Notes under the pieces: model-generated
Databases searched by the model: none
What the model was told of the DNA's origin: nothing
What the model saw: the letters and a program-made list of their open reading frames with translations, nothing else
Assembly: GCA_030535975.1 (NCBI GenBank)
Contig: JAUNQW010000004.1
Location: 34,590 to 58,589, forward strand
Source of the DNA: Atopococcus tabaci
GTDB lineage: Bacteria; Bacillota; Bacilli; Lactobacillales; Carnobacteriaceae_A
Length of the DNA: 24,000 nucleotides
Reading direction: 5' to 3'
In this document: positions 9,497-18,498 of the stretch, piece after piece
Position numbering within the stretch: the first letter of the stretch is position 1
How the letters are laid out: every line of letters starts with the position of its first letter
Made by a program: the position numbers and the translations under genes

Positions 9497-10666
9497 ATGA
9501 TTTATGAACTTAAAATTGAGTTGTTTGGCGGTCAAGTTCCAGTTACTCGTATTCTTCATGTAAACTCAGAAATCAGTTTTAAACAGCTGCACTATGTCAT
9601 TCAGACAGCTTTTGACTGGTCCGGCTTGCGACCCCATATATTCCTCCTTCATGAAAAAGATAAAGTCCAAGCGCTTACAAAACTTAATGAAATGAATCAA
9701 CCTGCTTTGGAATATTTTAGAGAGTGGCATGTCTTTGAAGAAAAAAATCATAAGATAACTACTTTTCTTAATGAACCGGGTGACAGTATCATTTATGAGT
9801 ATTATCAGAATTATAAGAAACGCCGTTATCATCTGGTGGAACTAGTTGATATTATCGAAGCTGAGCCTGGTAAAGTCTATCCTTATTGTGCGGGCGCTGA
9901 ATACCTGTCACCCAAAGAAGCCCATGCTTCCAGAACCTCTAAAAGCCATCAAAGTTTAAACTCGGATAATGTCTGTTCACTTACAGATCAAATTAATTAC
10001 CTTCTTTTAGAAGAAACGATTATTCTATCCGAACCGATGATTGATAAAGAGACTTACTATCAAAAAAAGCTTCAAAAGGCAGCTGTTGAATTCCTTTATC
10101 AAAAAAACTGGGAAATTTTATCTGAAGACCAAATATTTAGTGTGATAGACTACAATACAGGGATTCAGCTCTTTTGTTCTGTTTCCGGATCGGATGGAGA
10201 TGATCCGGGGCTCAGCATCTTTGTAGGAGACAGCTCATTCCTTGAACTGCAAAACAGCTCTAAATTTTATCACGAAACGAATAATGCTATGGAGACACTC
10301 AACCAACTTCAGAACTTCTACGGCATAGGTATCGTTTTTAAGGATGAAAAACTTTTCCCAGAATCCATGCAGAGTCTGGTGAGTCAATTTAGAGAGTTAC
10401 GGAATCCTCATCCTCTAGAGACCACCAAAGAACTTGCTCCCATCTACTTTTCTTATAAAAGTAATGCACCTTCTACAGAAAAACTAACGAGCAGCGAGAT
10501 GCGCTGGCTGCTTCTTTGTTTAGAACAAGTCCGCGAAGTTAGTGACTTAGTCAAAAAAGGACTCATCGTTCCTTCTATCAGTGGATCCAATACACTACTT
10601 GAACGTGCTTATTCTTTGATTTACAAACAATTCATCAATCAAGAAATTTATTTGACACGCCGTTAA
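9497..10666 (+). CDS. Plasmid pRiA4b ORF-3-like family protein with an unassigned C-terminal region
   Basis: 389 aa; N-terminus IYELKIELFGGQVPVTRILHVNSEISFKQLHYVIQTAFDWSGLRPHIFLL matches the family pattern, as does YYQNYKKRRYHLVELVDII. Confidence 0.75.
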   Translation: MIYELKIELFGGQVPVTRILHVNSEISFKQLHYVIQTAFDWSGLRPHIFLLHEKDKVQALTKLNEMNQPALEYFREWHVFEEKNHKITTFLNEPGDSIIYEYYQNYKKRRYHLVELVDIIEAEPGKVYPYCAGAEYLSPKEAHASRTSKSHQSLNSDNVCSLTDQINYLLLEETIILSEPMIDKETYYQKKLQKAAVEFLYQKNWEILSEDQIFSVIDYNTGIQLFCSVSGSDGDDPGLSIFVGDSSFLELQNSSKFYHETNNAMETLNQLQNFYGIGIVFKDEKLFPESMQSLVSQFRELRNPHPLETTKELAPIYFSYKSNAPSTEKLTSSEMRWLLLCLEQVREVSDLVKKGLIVPSISGSNTLLERAYSLIYKQFINQEIYLTRR

Positions 10667-10716
10667 ACTTTCGGGCCTTCAAGTGGACCAGATATTTAAT
10701 AGATAAAAGCAAGCAC

Positions 10717-10755
10717 AAAAACAACCTTGGAAATACCATCTCCAAGGTTGTTTTT
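10717..10755. terminator. Bidirectional intrinsic terminator between the convergent pRiA4b-like gene and ald
   Basis: aaaaacaaccttgga-n9-tccaaggttgttttt, 15-bp perfect inverted repeat. Confidence 0.9.
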
Positions 10756-10766
10756 ATGTCATTTAA

Positions 10767-11885
10767 TTAAGCTTCTACTTCTTCTAAAGGGGTGTATTCA
10801 AAATCCAAGGCTCCAGCTACTGCTTCATTTGTGCATTTGCCTTTATAAATATTGACACCTTTTTTCAAGCCCGGCAGCTGTTTAATCGCATCATGAAGCC
10901 CATGTTTTGCGATAAGGGCAGCGTACTCTACTGTGTTCCCTGCCAAGGCCTGCGTAGCTGTATTAGGGACAGAACCCGGCATATTAGAAACTCCGTAGTA
11001 TAGGACACCGTATCGTTCGATGATCGGGTGATCATGACTCGTTGCCTGATCAAAGCCTTCAAAGTTTCCACCTTGGTCTATAGCTGGATCAACCAGAACA
11101 CTTCCCTTTTCCATACTTTTAATCATATCAATGGTCACTAATTTCGGGGTTTTTCCTCCTGAAAGCAGGACGGATCCTATCACCAGGTCCGAGTCTCTAA
11201 CGGATTCCGCAATCGTCACAGGATTGGATGTTAAAGTCTGAACTTGTGTACCGAAAACCGATTGAATGAAGCGTCTCCGGTCAGGATTTACTTCCAGAAC
11301 ATTAACATGGGCGCCTAAACCCAGTCCCATACGTGCTGCATTATACCCTACCGTTCCTCCACCGATGATCGTAATTTGACCCCGCTTGGTTCCAGGTACT
11401 CCTCCTAGTAAGATTCCTTTTCCTCCATTGATTTTCTCCAAATACTGGGCCCCGATCTGCACCGTCATACGACCCGCTACCTCAGACATAGGTTCTAAGA
11501 GAGGTAGATTGCCATTTCGATCTTCAATCGTTTCGTAAGCAACAGCTGTCACTCCTCGATCAATTAAAGCTTGGGCCACTTCTTTTTCATTGGCCAAATG
11601 GAAATAAGTAAAAAGAATTTGTCCTTCTCTCATTTTAGAAAATTCTGTGTGCTGCGGTTCTTTTACTTTCATAATCATGTCTGCTTTTTCCCACACATCA
11701 TCTGCATGATCTAAGATATTTCCACCATATTTGGCATAATCTTCGTCAGAAAAGCTGGAATTGACCCCGGCCTTGCTTTCGATAATCACTTCATGGCCTG
11801 CATCTACTAAAGCACCTACACCTATAGGGTCCATCCCTACACGGTTTTCATTGTTTTTTACTTCTTTTGGAATACCGATAATCAT
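10767..11885 (-). CDS. ald: Alanine dehydrogenase; start likely ATG at 11885 rather than the longer ORF start at 11912
   Basis: [18 protein letters not shown]..., [37 protein letters not shown]; AAAGGAA SD-like sequence before the ATG at 11885. Confidence 0.95.
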   Translation of the reverse strand: MIIGIPKEVKNNENRVGMDPIGVGALVDAGHEVIIESKAGVNSSFSDEDYAKYGGNILDHADDVWEKADMIMKVKEPQHTEFSKMREGQILFTYFHLANEKEVAQALIDRGVTAVAYETIEDRNGNLPLLEPMSEVAGRMTVQIGAQYLEKINGGKGILLGGVPGTKRGQITIIGGGTVGYNAARMGLGLGAHVNVLEVNPDRRRFIQSVFGTQVQTLTSNPVTIAESVRDSDLVIGSVLLSGGKTPKLVTIDMIKSMEKGSVLVDPAIDQGGNFEGFDQATSHDHPIIERYGVLYYGVSNMPGSVPNTATQALAGNTVEYAALIAKHGLHDAIKQLPGLKKGVNIYKGKCTNEAVAGALDFEYTPLEEVEA

Positions 11886-11988
11886 ATTTTTAATTCCTTT
11901 CGATCCTGTCATCTATGTTATAAGATAAGAATATAATTATTTTAAATCTAACTCAACCAAAAATATAGAAAAAGGAAAATAAAATATT

Positions 11989-12741
11989 ATGTATGATTTT
12001 AAGAGCACTTACTTATTTTCTAGTGTTGTCACTCAGACACCTTATTTCACCCAATACTACCAAGCTAAAATGCCCGATGTCAGACAGACTAATTTTATGT
12101 CCTTTCATTTTAATCCAATATTGGAGAACTTTCAATTTTTAGAATCTTTTCAAAAAGACTTTCATCAAGATACGGATCAAAGTTTTCTCAGATTCCATTG
12201 GCCCCAGGATGAAGGGATTTATCCCGAAATTTTTTCTTATCTGCACGAAAATAACTATCAACTCGGCCGGATGGAATTACTCAAGATAAATCCTCAGGAC
12301 TTTATGATGTCTTCAAGTCAGCCCGAGATTACTATAACAAGCTTAAATAAAAATAATATGGAAGATTATCTTAACTTAAATTATGAAGCAGATTTGGAGC
12401 ATGGCAGGATTTATGCTGAACAAAAACAAATCCAATACCAAGGCTATCTTAAGCGGCCTCATATCCAACCTTATCTGGCCTTTCATAACAATCATCTGGT
12501 CGCCAGTATCGACCTTATCGTCCTCAAAAGCAGTATTGAGATTAACAGCTTATATGTGGCACCTAAATACCGCCGCCAGGGCATCGCATCCGCACTCCAA
12601 GAAAAAGCTGTGGAAATCGCTGAAGAACATAAAAGCGTCCTTATTTTGATTGCCGATGCGGAAGATACACCTATCGACATGTATGAAGAACAAGGATATG
12701 ACTCTCTGCATTCTATAATTATTGCAGAGAAACAACTATAA
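11989..12741 (+). CDS. GNAT-family N-acetyltransferase
   Basis: 250 aa; C-terminal INSLYVAPKYRRQGIASALQEKAVEIAEEHKSVLILIADAEDTPIDMYEEQGYDSL is a GNAT acetyl-CoA-binding motif. Confidence 0.85.
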   Translation: MYDFKSTYLFSSVVTQTPYFTQYYQAKMPDVRQTNFMSFHFNPILENFQFLESFQKDFHQDTDQSFLRFHWPQDEGIYPEIFSYLHENNYQLGRMELLKINPQDFMMSSSQPEITITSLNKNNMEDYLNLNYEADLEHGRIYAEQKQIQYQGYLKRPHIQPYLAFHNNHLVASIDLIVLKSSIEINSLYVAPKYRRQGIASALQEKAVEIAEEHKSVLILIADAEDTPIDMYEEQGYDSLHSIIIAEKQL

Positions 12742-12746
12742 AAAAA

Positions 12747-12804
12747 CTCTTTGTGCTAAGACAAGCCCAGGTTATCCACAGGGCACTATCTTAACCACAA
12801 AGAG
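12747..12804. terminator. Candidate long-loop terminator between convergent genes
   Basis: ctctttgtg (12747-12755) pairs with cacaaagag (12796-12804), flanked by A/T tracts; inner gccc/gggc pairing possible. Confidence 0.45.
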
Positions 12805-12807
12805 ATT

Positions 12808-13443
12808 TTAAATAGTCTGCGCTTCGTAGCCTTTATTTTCTAAAACTTGTAAAACTTCCTGGCTGTCTTCGTTATCCGTTTGAATAACGAGTGTAGAAGT
12901 TGTTCCATCCCGACTGGAGATATAAAGATGGCTGATTCCTACACCTAAACCGGATAAAATACCAGACATTTCATGCAGAACACCTACTTGGTCTGCTACT
13001 TTAACTTCAAGTCGTGCACCGGGTTGACGGTAACCTGTAAGTTCAATTAAAGCAGCAAAGATATCTTTATCCGTAATAATTCCAATGACCTTGTCCTGCT
13101 CATCTACAACGATTAAGACTGATAGACCATAATCATGCATTTGTGCAGCGGCAGCCTCTATCACAATATCTTGACTGATAGTCTGGGCTTCTTTAGTCAT
13201 GAGTTGACCGGCAGTTTGTTTATCCAGAAGATAGTTCATTTCATAGATAGATAAACTTGAGGCGCTCGATGGAGAATTATTAGCAATAATAGCCTCTGTA
13301 ATTAAGCCTTGATAGACATTATTGACATCTACAACAGGGACCCTGTGGAAATCATTGCTTTCCATAATAGAAACAACTTCCGTTAAACGGACATCCGGCT
13401 CTACAGTGACAACGTTTTTTGTCATATAGTCTTTTACTCTCAT
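12808..13443 (-). CDS. AcuB-like protein with tandem CBS domains and a C-terminal ACT domain
   Basis: 211 aa; MRVKDYMTKNVVTVEPDVRLTEVVSIM and AGQLMTKEAQTISQDIVIEAAAAQM CBS repeats, then ARLEVKVADQVGVLHEMSGILSGLGVGISHLYI (ACT). Three nt downstream of livF. Confidence 0.88.
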   Translation of the reverse strand: MRVKDYMTKNVVTVEPDVRLTEVVSIMESNDFHRVPVVDVNNVYQGLITEAIIANNSPSSASSLSIYEMNYLLDKQTAGQLMTKEAQTISQDIVIEAAAAQMHDYGLSVLIVVDEQDKVIGIITDKDIFAALIELTGYRQPGARLEVKVADQVGVLHEMSGILSGLGVGISHLYISSRDGTTSTLVIQTDNEDSQEVLQVLENKGYEAQTI

Positions 13444-13446
13444 TAT

Positions 13447-14151
13447 TTATCCTCCTAAATATGCTTTCTGGACCTCATCACTCGCAAGAAGTTCTTTTCC
13501 TGTACCCGCTGCTACAATTTTACCTGTTTCAAAAACATAGCCGCGATCAGCAATTTCAAGAGCAACATTTGCATTTTGTTCAACTAAAAGAACAGTAGTA
13601 CCCCTTTTGTTAACCTCTTCTATAATATTGAAAATTTCCTGAATAAATAAAGGAGCCAGTCCCATAGAGGGTTCATCTAAAAGAATTAAATCAGGGCTGG
13701 ACAGTAAAGAGCGGCCCATAGCTAGCATTTGTTGTTCTCCCCCGGATAGAGTGGCTGCGTCCTGGTTCAAACGTTCTTTCAATACAGGGAAGCTGCGAAA
13801 AATCCGATCTAAATCTTCTTCAATTGCTTTGCTGTCTTTTCTTAGAAATGCTCCCATATCTAAATTTTCTTTGACAGACATCCCGCCGAAAACATGACGT
13901 CCTTCAGGAACATGCGATATACCTGCTTTAACAATCGTTCGTGCATCAGCTTTTGTAATATTGCGTCCTTTAAAGGTAATACTGCCATTGGAAGAGCGAA
14001 GTAAGCCGGAAATAGTTTTGAGAATCGTTGTTTTTCCTGCACCATTTGCCCCGATCAGGGTAACAATCTCACCTTCATTGACCTCAAAGGATACACGTTT
14101 GATGGCTTCAATTACGCCGTAACGCACACTCACATCTTTAATTTCTAACAT
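13447..14151 (-). CDS. livF: Branched-chain amino-acid ABC transporter ATP-binding protein LivF
   Basis: 234 aa; LIGANGAGKTTILKTISGLLR, LSGGEQQMLAMGRSL, LILLDEPSMGLAP. Confidence 0.95.
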   Translation of the reverse strand: MLEIKDVSVRYGVIEAIKRVSFEVNEGEIVTLIGANGAGKTTILKTISGLLRSSNGSITFKGRNITKADARTIVKAGISHVPEGRHVFGGMSVKENLDMGAFLRKDSKAIEEDLDRIFRSFPVLKERLNQDAATLSGGEQQMLAMGRSLLSSPDLILLDEPSMGLAPLFIQEIFNIIEEVNKRGTTVLLVEQNANVALEIADRGYVFETGKIVAAGTGKELLASDEVQKAYLGG

Positions 14152-14925
14152 TTAAACACCACCTAAGTATGCACGAATAACTTCATCGTTAGTTTGAATT
14201 TCTGAAGGAATGCCCTCTGCAATCAACCGCCCGTATTCTAAAACATAAATTCTTTCACAAACATTCATAACCACATTCATATCGTGTTCAATTAATACGA
14301 TCGTGAGATTAAATTCTTTGTGGATACGTTGAATTAACTGGGTCAGTTCTGCACTTTCAAAAGGGTTCATTCCTGCTGCCGGCTCATCCAAAAATAATAG
14401 TTTAGGATTAGTAGCCATCGCACGAACAATTTCTAATTTTCTTTGATCCCCATAAGGAAGATTCTTAGCTTTTTCATCATACACTTCAGTTAAATCAAAA
14501 ATATCCAACAGATGGAAAGCTTGTTCAGTAATCTCTTCTTCAGAACGATAAAAGGCCGGAGTACGAAAGAAACTCGCAAACAGCCCTGCTTGCTTTTCTG
14601 TATGCATACCTATTTTGACATTATCTATAACTGATAAATCACCGAATAAACGGATGTTTTGAAAGGTTCGGGCGATTCCTTTTTCAGATATATTATATGT
14701 CTTTTCTCCGTCAATTTTTTCTTTATTCCCATCGACCTTGAAAAAAACTTCGCCTTCACTGGGCTGATAGACACCTGTTAACAAGTTAAAGAAGGTTGTT
14801 TTTCCTGCCCCGTTAGGTCCGATCAGGCCAATAAGTTCACCTTCTTGGATCTCCATACTTACATTTGAAACTGCGGTTAGACCGCCAAAATTCTTCGTTA
14901 AGTCATTTACTTTTAATAAAGTCAT
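14152..14925 (-). CDS. livG: Branched-chain amino-acid ABC transporter ATP-binding protein LivG
   Basis: 257 aa; LIGPNGAGKTTFFNLLTGVYQP, GIARTFQNIRLF, LLFLDEPAAGMNP. Confidence 0.95.
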   Translation of the reverse strand: MTLLKVNDLTKNFGGLTAVSNVSMEIQEGELIGLIGPNGAGKTTFFNLLTGVYQPSEGEVFFKVDGNKEKIDGEKTYNISEKGIARTFQNIRLFGDLSVIDNVKIGMHTEKQAGLFASFFRTPAFYRSEEEITEQAFHLLDIFDLTEVYDEKAKNLPYGDQRKLEIVRAMATNPKLLFLDEPAAGMNPFESAELTQLIQRIHKEFNLTIVLIEHDMNVVMNVCERIYVLEYGRLIAEGIPSEIQTNDEVIRAYLGGV

Positions 14926-14939
14926 TCAAACACCCCTTC

Positions 14940-15923
14940 CTAATCTTTTTTCTTAAGGCTTTTTATAAATCCAGGACGATCTTCTTCTCTGCCCAGCAAA
15001 GTAGATAAGCTGAATTCACGTCCTCCAAGTAAACCAGATGGCTTGAATATCATGATGCCAATCAAAGCAATGGCGTAAATAATCATGCGCAGTGCGCCAA
15101 ATTGCTGCAGGTAAAGATTGAGAATACCCAAAATAAAACCAGCCACAATAGAACCTGTGATTGATCCTATCCCACCAAAAACCACTGTAATTAGAACATC
15201 AATGGAGCGGTCAAAACCAAACTGAGAAGGGTTGATGACCCCTAAGTTGGTAGCATGAACCGATCCTGCAACAGCAGCAGCCATTGCTCCAATAACAAAG
15301 GCAGCTACTTTCATTTTTGTTGTATTGATACCTAGAGATTCAGTTGCGATTTCATCTTCCCGTACGGCAATAGTTGCTCGTCCACGGGAGCTGCGAATAT
15401 AATTCAGCACAAAGATGACAACAATAACTGTAAAGACAGTGGCTGTCCGCCAATTCATTAGATAGATAGGTATACCACTTAAGCCTGCTGCTCCATTTGT
15501 TAATCCTTCCATATTTAAGATCGCGACACGGATAATTTCAGCAACTCCCAGTGTGGCAATGGCTAAATAATCTCCTTTTAATCTTAACGTGGGATATCCG
15601 ACGATAAAAGCAACAATCCCTGCAATCACCGCTCCTGCCAGAACACTTAGAATAAAACTAATAAAGTTGGGACTTTGCCGGGTCATAATACCTGTAGCAT
15701 ATGCTCCAATGGCCATGAATCCTGCATGCCCTAAAGCTAACTGACCAGAGAAACCGACAATCAAGTTCAGGCCGACAGCTAACATAATATTAATCATAAT
15801 AGTAACTAGAGTCTGCTGCATGACCGGCGAAGTAAAGCCGGTAGTGACACCAATCTCAAGTAAAACAAATGTTAATATAATAAGAATGAGCCAAGTGATA
15901 TTCGTACGATTAAATAATTTCAT
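14940..15923 (-). CDS. livM: Branched-chain amino-acid ABC transporter permease LivM
   Basis: 327 aa; NLIVGFSGQLALGHAGFMAIGAYA, GDYLAIATLGVAEIIRV, DVLITVVFGGIGSITGSIVAGF. Confidence 0.95.
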   Translation of the reverse strand: MKLFNRTNITWLILIILTFVLLEIGVTTGFTSPVMQQTLVTIMINIMLAVGLNLIVGFSGQLALGHAGFMAIGAYATGIMTRQSPNFISFILSVLAGAVIAGIVAFIVGYPTLRLKGDYLAIATLGVAEIIRVAILNMEGLTNGAAGLSGIPIYLMNWRTATVFTVIVVIFVLNYIRSSRGRATIAVREDEIATESLGINTTKMKVAAFVIGAMAAAVAGSVHATNLGVINPSQFGFDRSIDVLITVVFGGIGSITGSIVAGFILGILNLYLQQFGALRMIIYAIALIGIMIFKPSGLLGGREFSLSTLLGREEDRPGFIKSLKKKD

Positions 15924-15932
15924 ATGATCACC

Positions 15933-16829
15933 CTACACTTTCTCATTTTCATTTTTACCAAGCAGTCCGGCTGGTTTTACTAGTAAAATAATAATTAAAA
16001 TTAAATAGACAACCGCATCACGAATCATCGAATTACCGTAAGCAGTAATCATAACTTCAACCATACCGATCAAGTAGCCCCCGAGAACCGCTCCTGGAAT
16101 CAAACCGATTCCACCAATTACGGCTGCGACGAAAGCTTTTGTACCATATCCAGCACCCATCAATGGGTTCATTGAGTTATAATACATTCCTACCATGACT
16201 CCGCCTGCACCGGCCAGCATAGATCCAAGAAGGAAAGTAAAAGCAATAACAGCATTCGCGTTAATTCCCATTAACTGGGCTGCTTCCTGGTCAATACTTA
16301 CAGCTCGCATGGCTTTCCCCATTTTAGTCTTTTGAACAACAAACTGTAATAAAATCATTAAAATAATCGTCGTTGACAGTAAAATAATCTGCATCATAGA
16401 AATTGAAATGCCGCCTAAACTGACCGATTGGTTAACAAAACCTGGTGTCTGTTCGAAAGCTGAAAGAAAAGATTTCGTTTCCGGACCGACGATAGCTGTC
16501 ATTCCATTCTGCAGTAAATAAGACACTCCGATAGCTGTAATTAACACAGACAGTCGTGGAGCATTCCTCAAAGGTTTATAGGCTATCTGGTCAATCACTA
16601 CTCCTATAACTCCTGTCACAATCATCGTCAATATAATCGTAGGGAATAAGCCTAAATTCAAATTCTGAATAATATAATAGCCTACAAATGATCCCACCAT
16701 GAAAATATCTCCGTGAGCAAAGTTTAATAATTTAATAATACCGTAAACCATGGTATAACCCAGGGCAATAAGTGCATACACACTGCCTAAGGTCAGACCA
16801 TTGATTACTTGCTGGATAAAAACAGCCAC
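15933..16829 (-). CDS. livH: Branched-chain amino-acid ABC transporter permease LivH
   Basis: 298 aa; FIQQVINGLTLGSVYALIALGYTMVYGIIKLLNFAHGDIFMVG. Confidence 0.96.
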   Translation of the reverse strand: MAVFIQQVINGLTLGSVYALIALGYTMVYGIIKLLNFAHGDIFMVGSFVGYYIIQNLNLGLFPTIILTMIVTGVIGVVIDQIAYKPLRNAPRLSVLITAIGVSYLLQNGMTAIVGPETKSFLSAFEQTPGFVNQSVSLGGISISMMQIILLSTTIILMILLQFVVQKTKMGKAMRAVSIDQEAAQLMGINANAVIAFTFLLGSMLAGAGGVMVGMYYNSMNPLMGAGYGTKAFVAAVIGGIGLIPGAVLGGYLIGMVEVMITAYGNSMIRDAVVYLILIIILLVKPAGLLGKNENEKV

Positions 16830-16876
16830 AATGTCACATCCTTTTCTTTTTCTTATAAAAGACAGAAAGTAAGAAC

Positions 16877-18052
16877 TTATTCAGCTCCTACCTCGTGCGC
16901 CTCTACATCCTCACCATTCTGTACTTCAATGATTGTAACAGTTTTAACTGGATTGTGCATTTCATCAAATGAGAATGTTCCAGTTACTCCGTCAAAATCT
17001 GTCGTTTCAGCTAACGCTTCATTGACAGCTTGTGGATCTGCGCTCCCCGCACGTTCGATCGCTTCTTTCGCTACATATACGCCGTCATAAGCCATTGCAG
17101 CAAACATATCTGCTTCTTTGTCAAATTTTTCTTTGTAGTTTGACATGAATGCTTCTACTTGTTCATTTGCAGATAAGGCAGAGAACTGAGTCGTATAATA
17201 AACATCCGTTAAGCCGGAAGCACCTGCCAATTCATAGAGAGAATCATTTCCAAATCCATCTGGACCTAAAATAGGCTGTGTAATTCCCATCTCGCGGGCT
17301 TGTTTAATGATCGGGCCGGCCTCTTGGTAGTAACCCGGGATAAAGAGGATATCAAAATCTTGTCCTCTTAAGTTAGTAAGAACAGCAGAAAAATCTGTTT
17401 CTCCCGCTGTAAAGTTTTCACTTGCTACTACTTCACCAGGAAAAGCTTCAGTAAATGTCGCAACCAAACCTACTGCATAGTCAGACGAGTTGTCTCCTAA
17501 TACCGCCGCTGTTTGGGCATTTAAGTCCGTCGCAGCAAAATCTGCTAAAGCATTTCCTTGATAAGAGTCCGGATATGCAATTCTCCACCCGTAAGGAATC
17601 ACACTGCCGTCTCCACTTTCAGTAAATGAGTCTAAAGAAGCGGATGGTGACAGTAAAGGCACTTCATGTTGATTAGCTACTTGTAAAGAAGCCACCGCTG
17701 CACCCGAAACATCAGGTCCTAAGATAACGCTTACTTCATCTTCAGTCGCAAGACGCGTCGTTACAGTAGCTGCTTCGGAATCTTCTGAACCATAATCATA
17801 TTCCACAACTTCCACCTGTTTGCCATTGATTCCGCCTGCTTCATTAATTTCTTCCGCGGCTAATTGAACGGCCTGTGCTTGAGGAAGTCCATAAGCAGAA
17901 ACCTCTCCTGATTGTGCGAAAACGGAGCCCAGCTTAATAGTATCAGCTTCATCATAATTGATGTCCGCAGTTCCCCCTCCTGAACACCCCGCTGCCAGAA
18001 GTGCTCCTCCTGCTAAAAGGCCTAATAAACCTTGTCTCAATCTATTCTTCAT
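16877..18052 (-). CDS. livK: Branched-chain amino-acid ABC transporter substrate-binding lipoprotein, copy 1
   Basis: 391 aa; lipobox LLAAGCSG; IKLGSVFAQSGEVSAYGLPQAQAVQLAAEEINEAGGINGK; first gene of livKHMGF. Confidence 0.93.
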   Translation of the reverse strand: MKNRLRQGLLGLLAGGALLAAGCSGGGTADINYDEADTIKLGSVFAQSGEVSAYGLPQAQAVQLAAEEINEAGGINGKQVEVVEYDYGSEDSEAATVTTRLATEDEVSVILGPDVSGAAVASLQVANQHEVPLLSPSASLDSFTESGDGSVIPYGWRIAYPDSYQGNALADFAATDLNAQTAAVLGDNSSDYAVGLVATFTEAFPGEVVASENFTAGETDFSAVLTNLRGQDFDILFIPGYYQEAGPIIKQAREMGITQPILGPDGFGNDSLYELAGASGLTDVYYTTQFSALSANEQVEAFMSNYKEKFDKEADMFAAMAYDGVYVAKEAIERAGSADPQAVNEALAETTDFDGVTGTFSFDEMHNPVKTVTIIEVQNGEDVEAHEVGAE

Positions 18053-18093
18053 CTAAAATCTCCCCTTTTTTAATAATAAGTTATCGAAAAAAA

Positions 18094-18120
18094 GACAAGC
18101 CCGGAAATATTGGGCTTGTC
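18094..18120 (-). terminator. Intrinsic terminator/attenuator in the livK copy 1 leader
   Basis: Minus strand GACAAGCCC-AATATTTCC-GGGCTTGTC followed by TTTTTTTC, between the promoter and livK. Confidence 0.88.
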
Positions 18121-18137
18121 TTATTATGTGAGCCCAA
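18110..18137 (-). promoter_or_regulatory. Candidate antiterminator for livK copy 1
   Basis: Minus strand TTGGGCT (18137-18131) is perfectly complementary to AGCCCAA (18116-18110), which overlaps the 5' arm of the terminator, so the two structures are mutually exclusive. Confidence 0.65.
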
Positions 18138-18160
18138 CATTTCTAGTTTAAGTAGAAATA

Positions 18161-18186
18161 GGACCCTTTCTAAAGAGAAAGAATCC
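18161..18186 (-). promoter_or_regulatory. Hairpin directly after the leader ORF stop, livK copy 1
   Basis: Minus strand GGATTCTTTC-TCTTTA-GAAAGGGTCC, 10-bp stem with G-U pairs, starting 2 nt after TAG. Confidence 0.6.
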
Positions 18187-18188
18187 TG

Positions 18189-18278
18189 CTACATAATAAT
18201 AGTGACATTATTCACTTGTGGAAAAAGCGAATGGGTACTATAAAATGGATCCATTTGTTGATGTATTTTAGGGCACAT
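18189..18278 (-). CDS. Candidate 29-aa regulatory leader peptide upstream of livK copy 1 (MCPKIHQQMDPFYSTHSLFPQVNNVTIIM)
   Basis: AAAGGAGG SD 7 nt before ATG; complete in-frame ORF ending GTC ACT ATT ATT ATG TAG; placed between promoter and attenuator. Too short for the ORF track. Confidence 0.65.
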   Translation of the reverse strand: MCPKIHQQMDPFYSTHSLFPQVNNVTIIM

Positions 18279-18319
18279 TTCGCTTCCTCCTTTTTATTCG
18301 AAACCAATATGATATGAAT

Positions 18320-18348
18320 ATTATATGAATAATAAAACAAAAAAGCAA
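18320..18348 (-). promoter_or_regulatory. Sigma-A-type promoter for leader 1 / livKHMGF
   Basis: Minus strand TTGCTT (18348-18343), 17-nt spacer, TATAAT (18325-18320). Confidence 0.75.
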
Positions 18349-18417
18349 TGCCTTTTCCTTCTTATAGAAAAGATTTAAATAGTAATGGCTGTCCATCGCT
18401 TTTATAAATATCAAAAA

Positions 18418-18485
18418 CCGTGTCATTTATTCTACTGTTCTAAATTGTACGTATAATCTAGATATATATTGAATAGTTGACACGG
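18418..18485 (-). terminator. Possible long-loop terminator of the copy 2 SBP gene
   Basis: Minus strand CCGTGTCA (18485-18478) and TGACACGG (18425-18418) followed by TTTTTG; 52-nt loop. Confidence 0.35.
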
Positions 18486-18498
18486 ATTTTATTCTCCA

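Noticed and set aside
9497-10666. Possible mobile element passenger, given the plasmid/IS-linked family name
   Set aside because: No transposase, terminal inverted repeats, target duplication or integrase is visible nearby, so no mobile element is called.
18001-18243. 80-aa plus-strand ORF across the livK leader
   Set aside because: Antisense to the livK start and to the minus-strand leader, terminator and micro-ORF, with no SD or recognisable domain. Explained as a chance ORF opposite a structured leader.
18139-18278. T-box as the explanation for the liv leaders
   Set aside because: Neither liv leader contains an AGGGTGG-like box, AGAGAG or a Stem I layout; the micro-ORF plus overlapping hairpins fits attenuation better.
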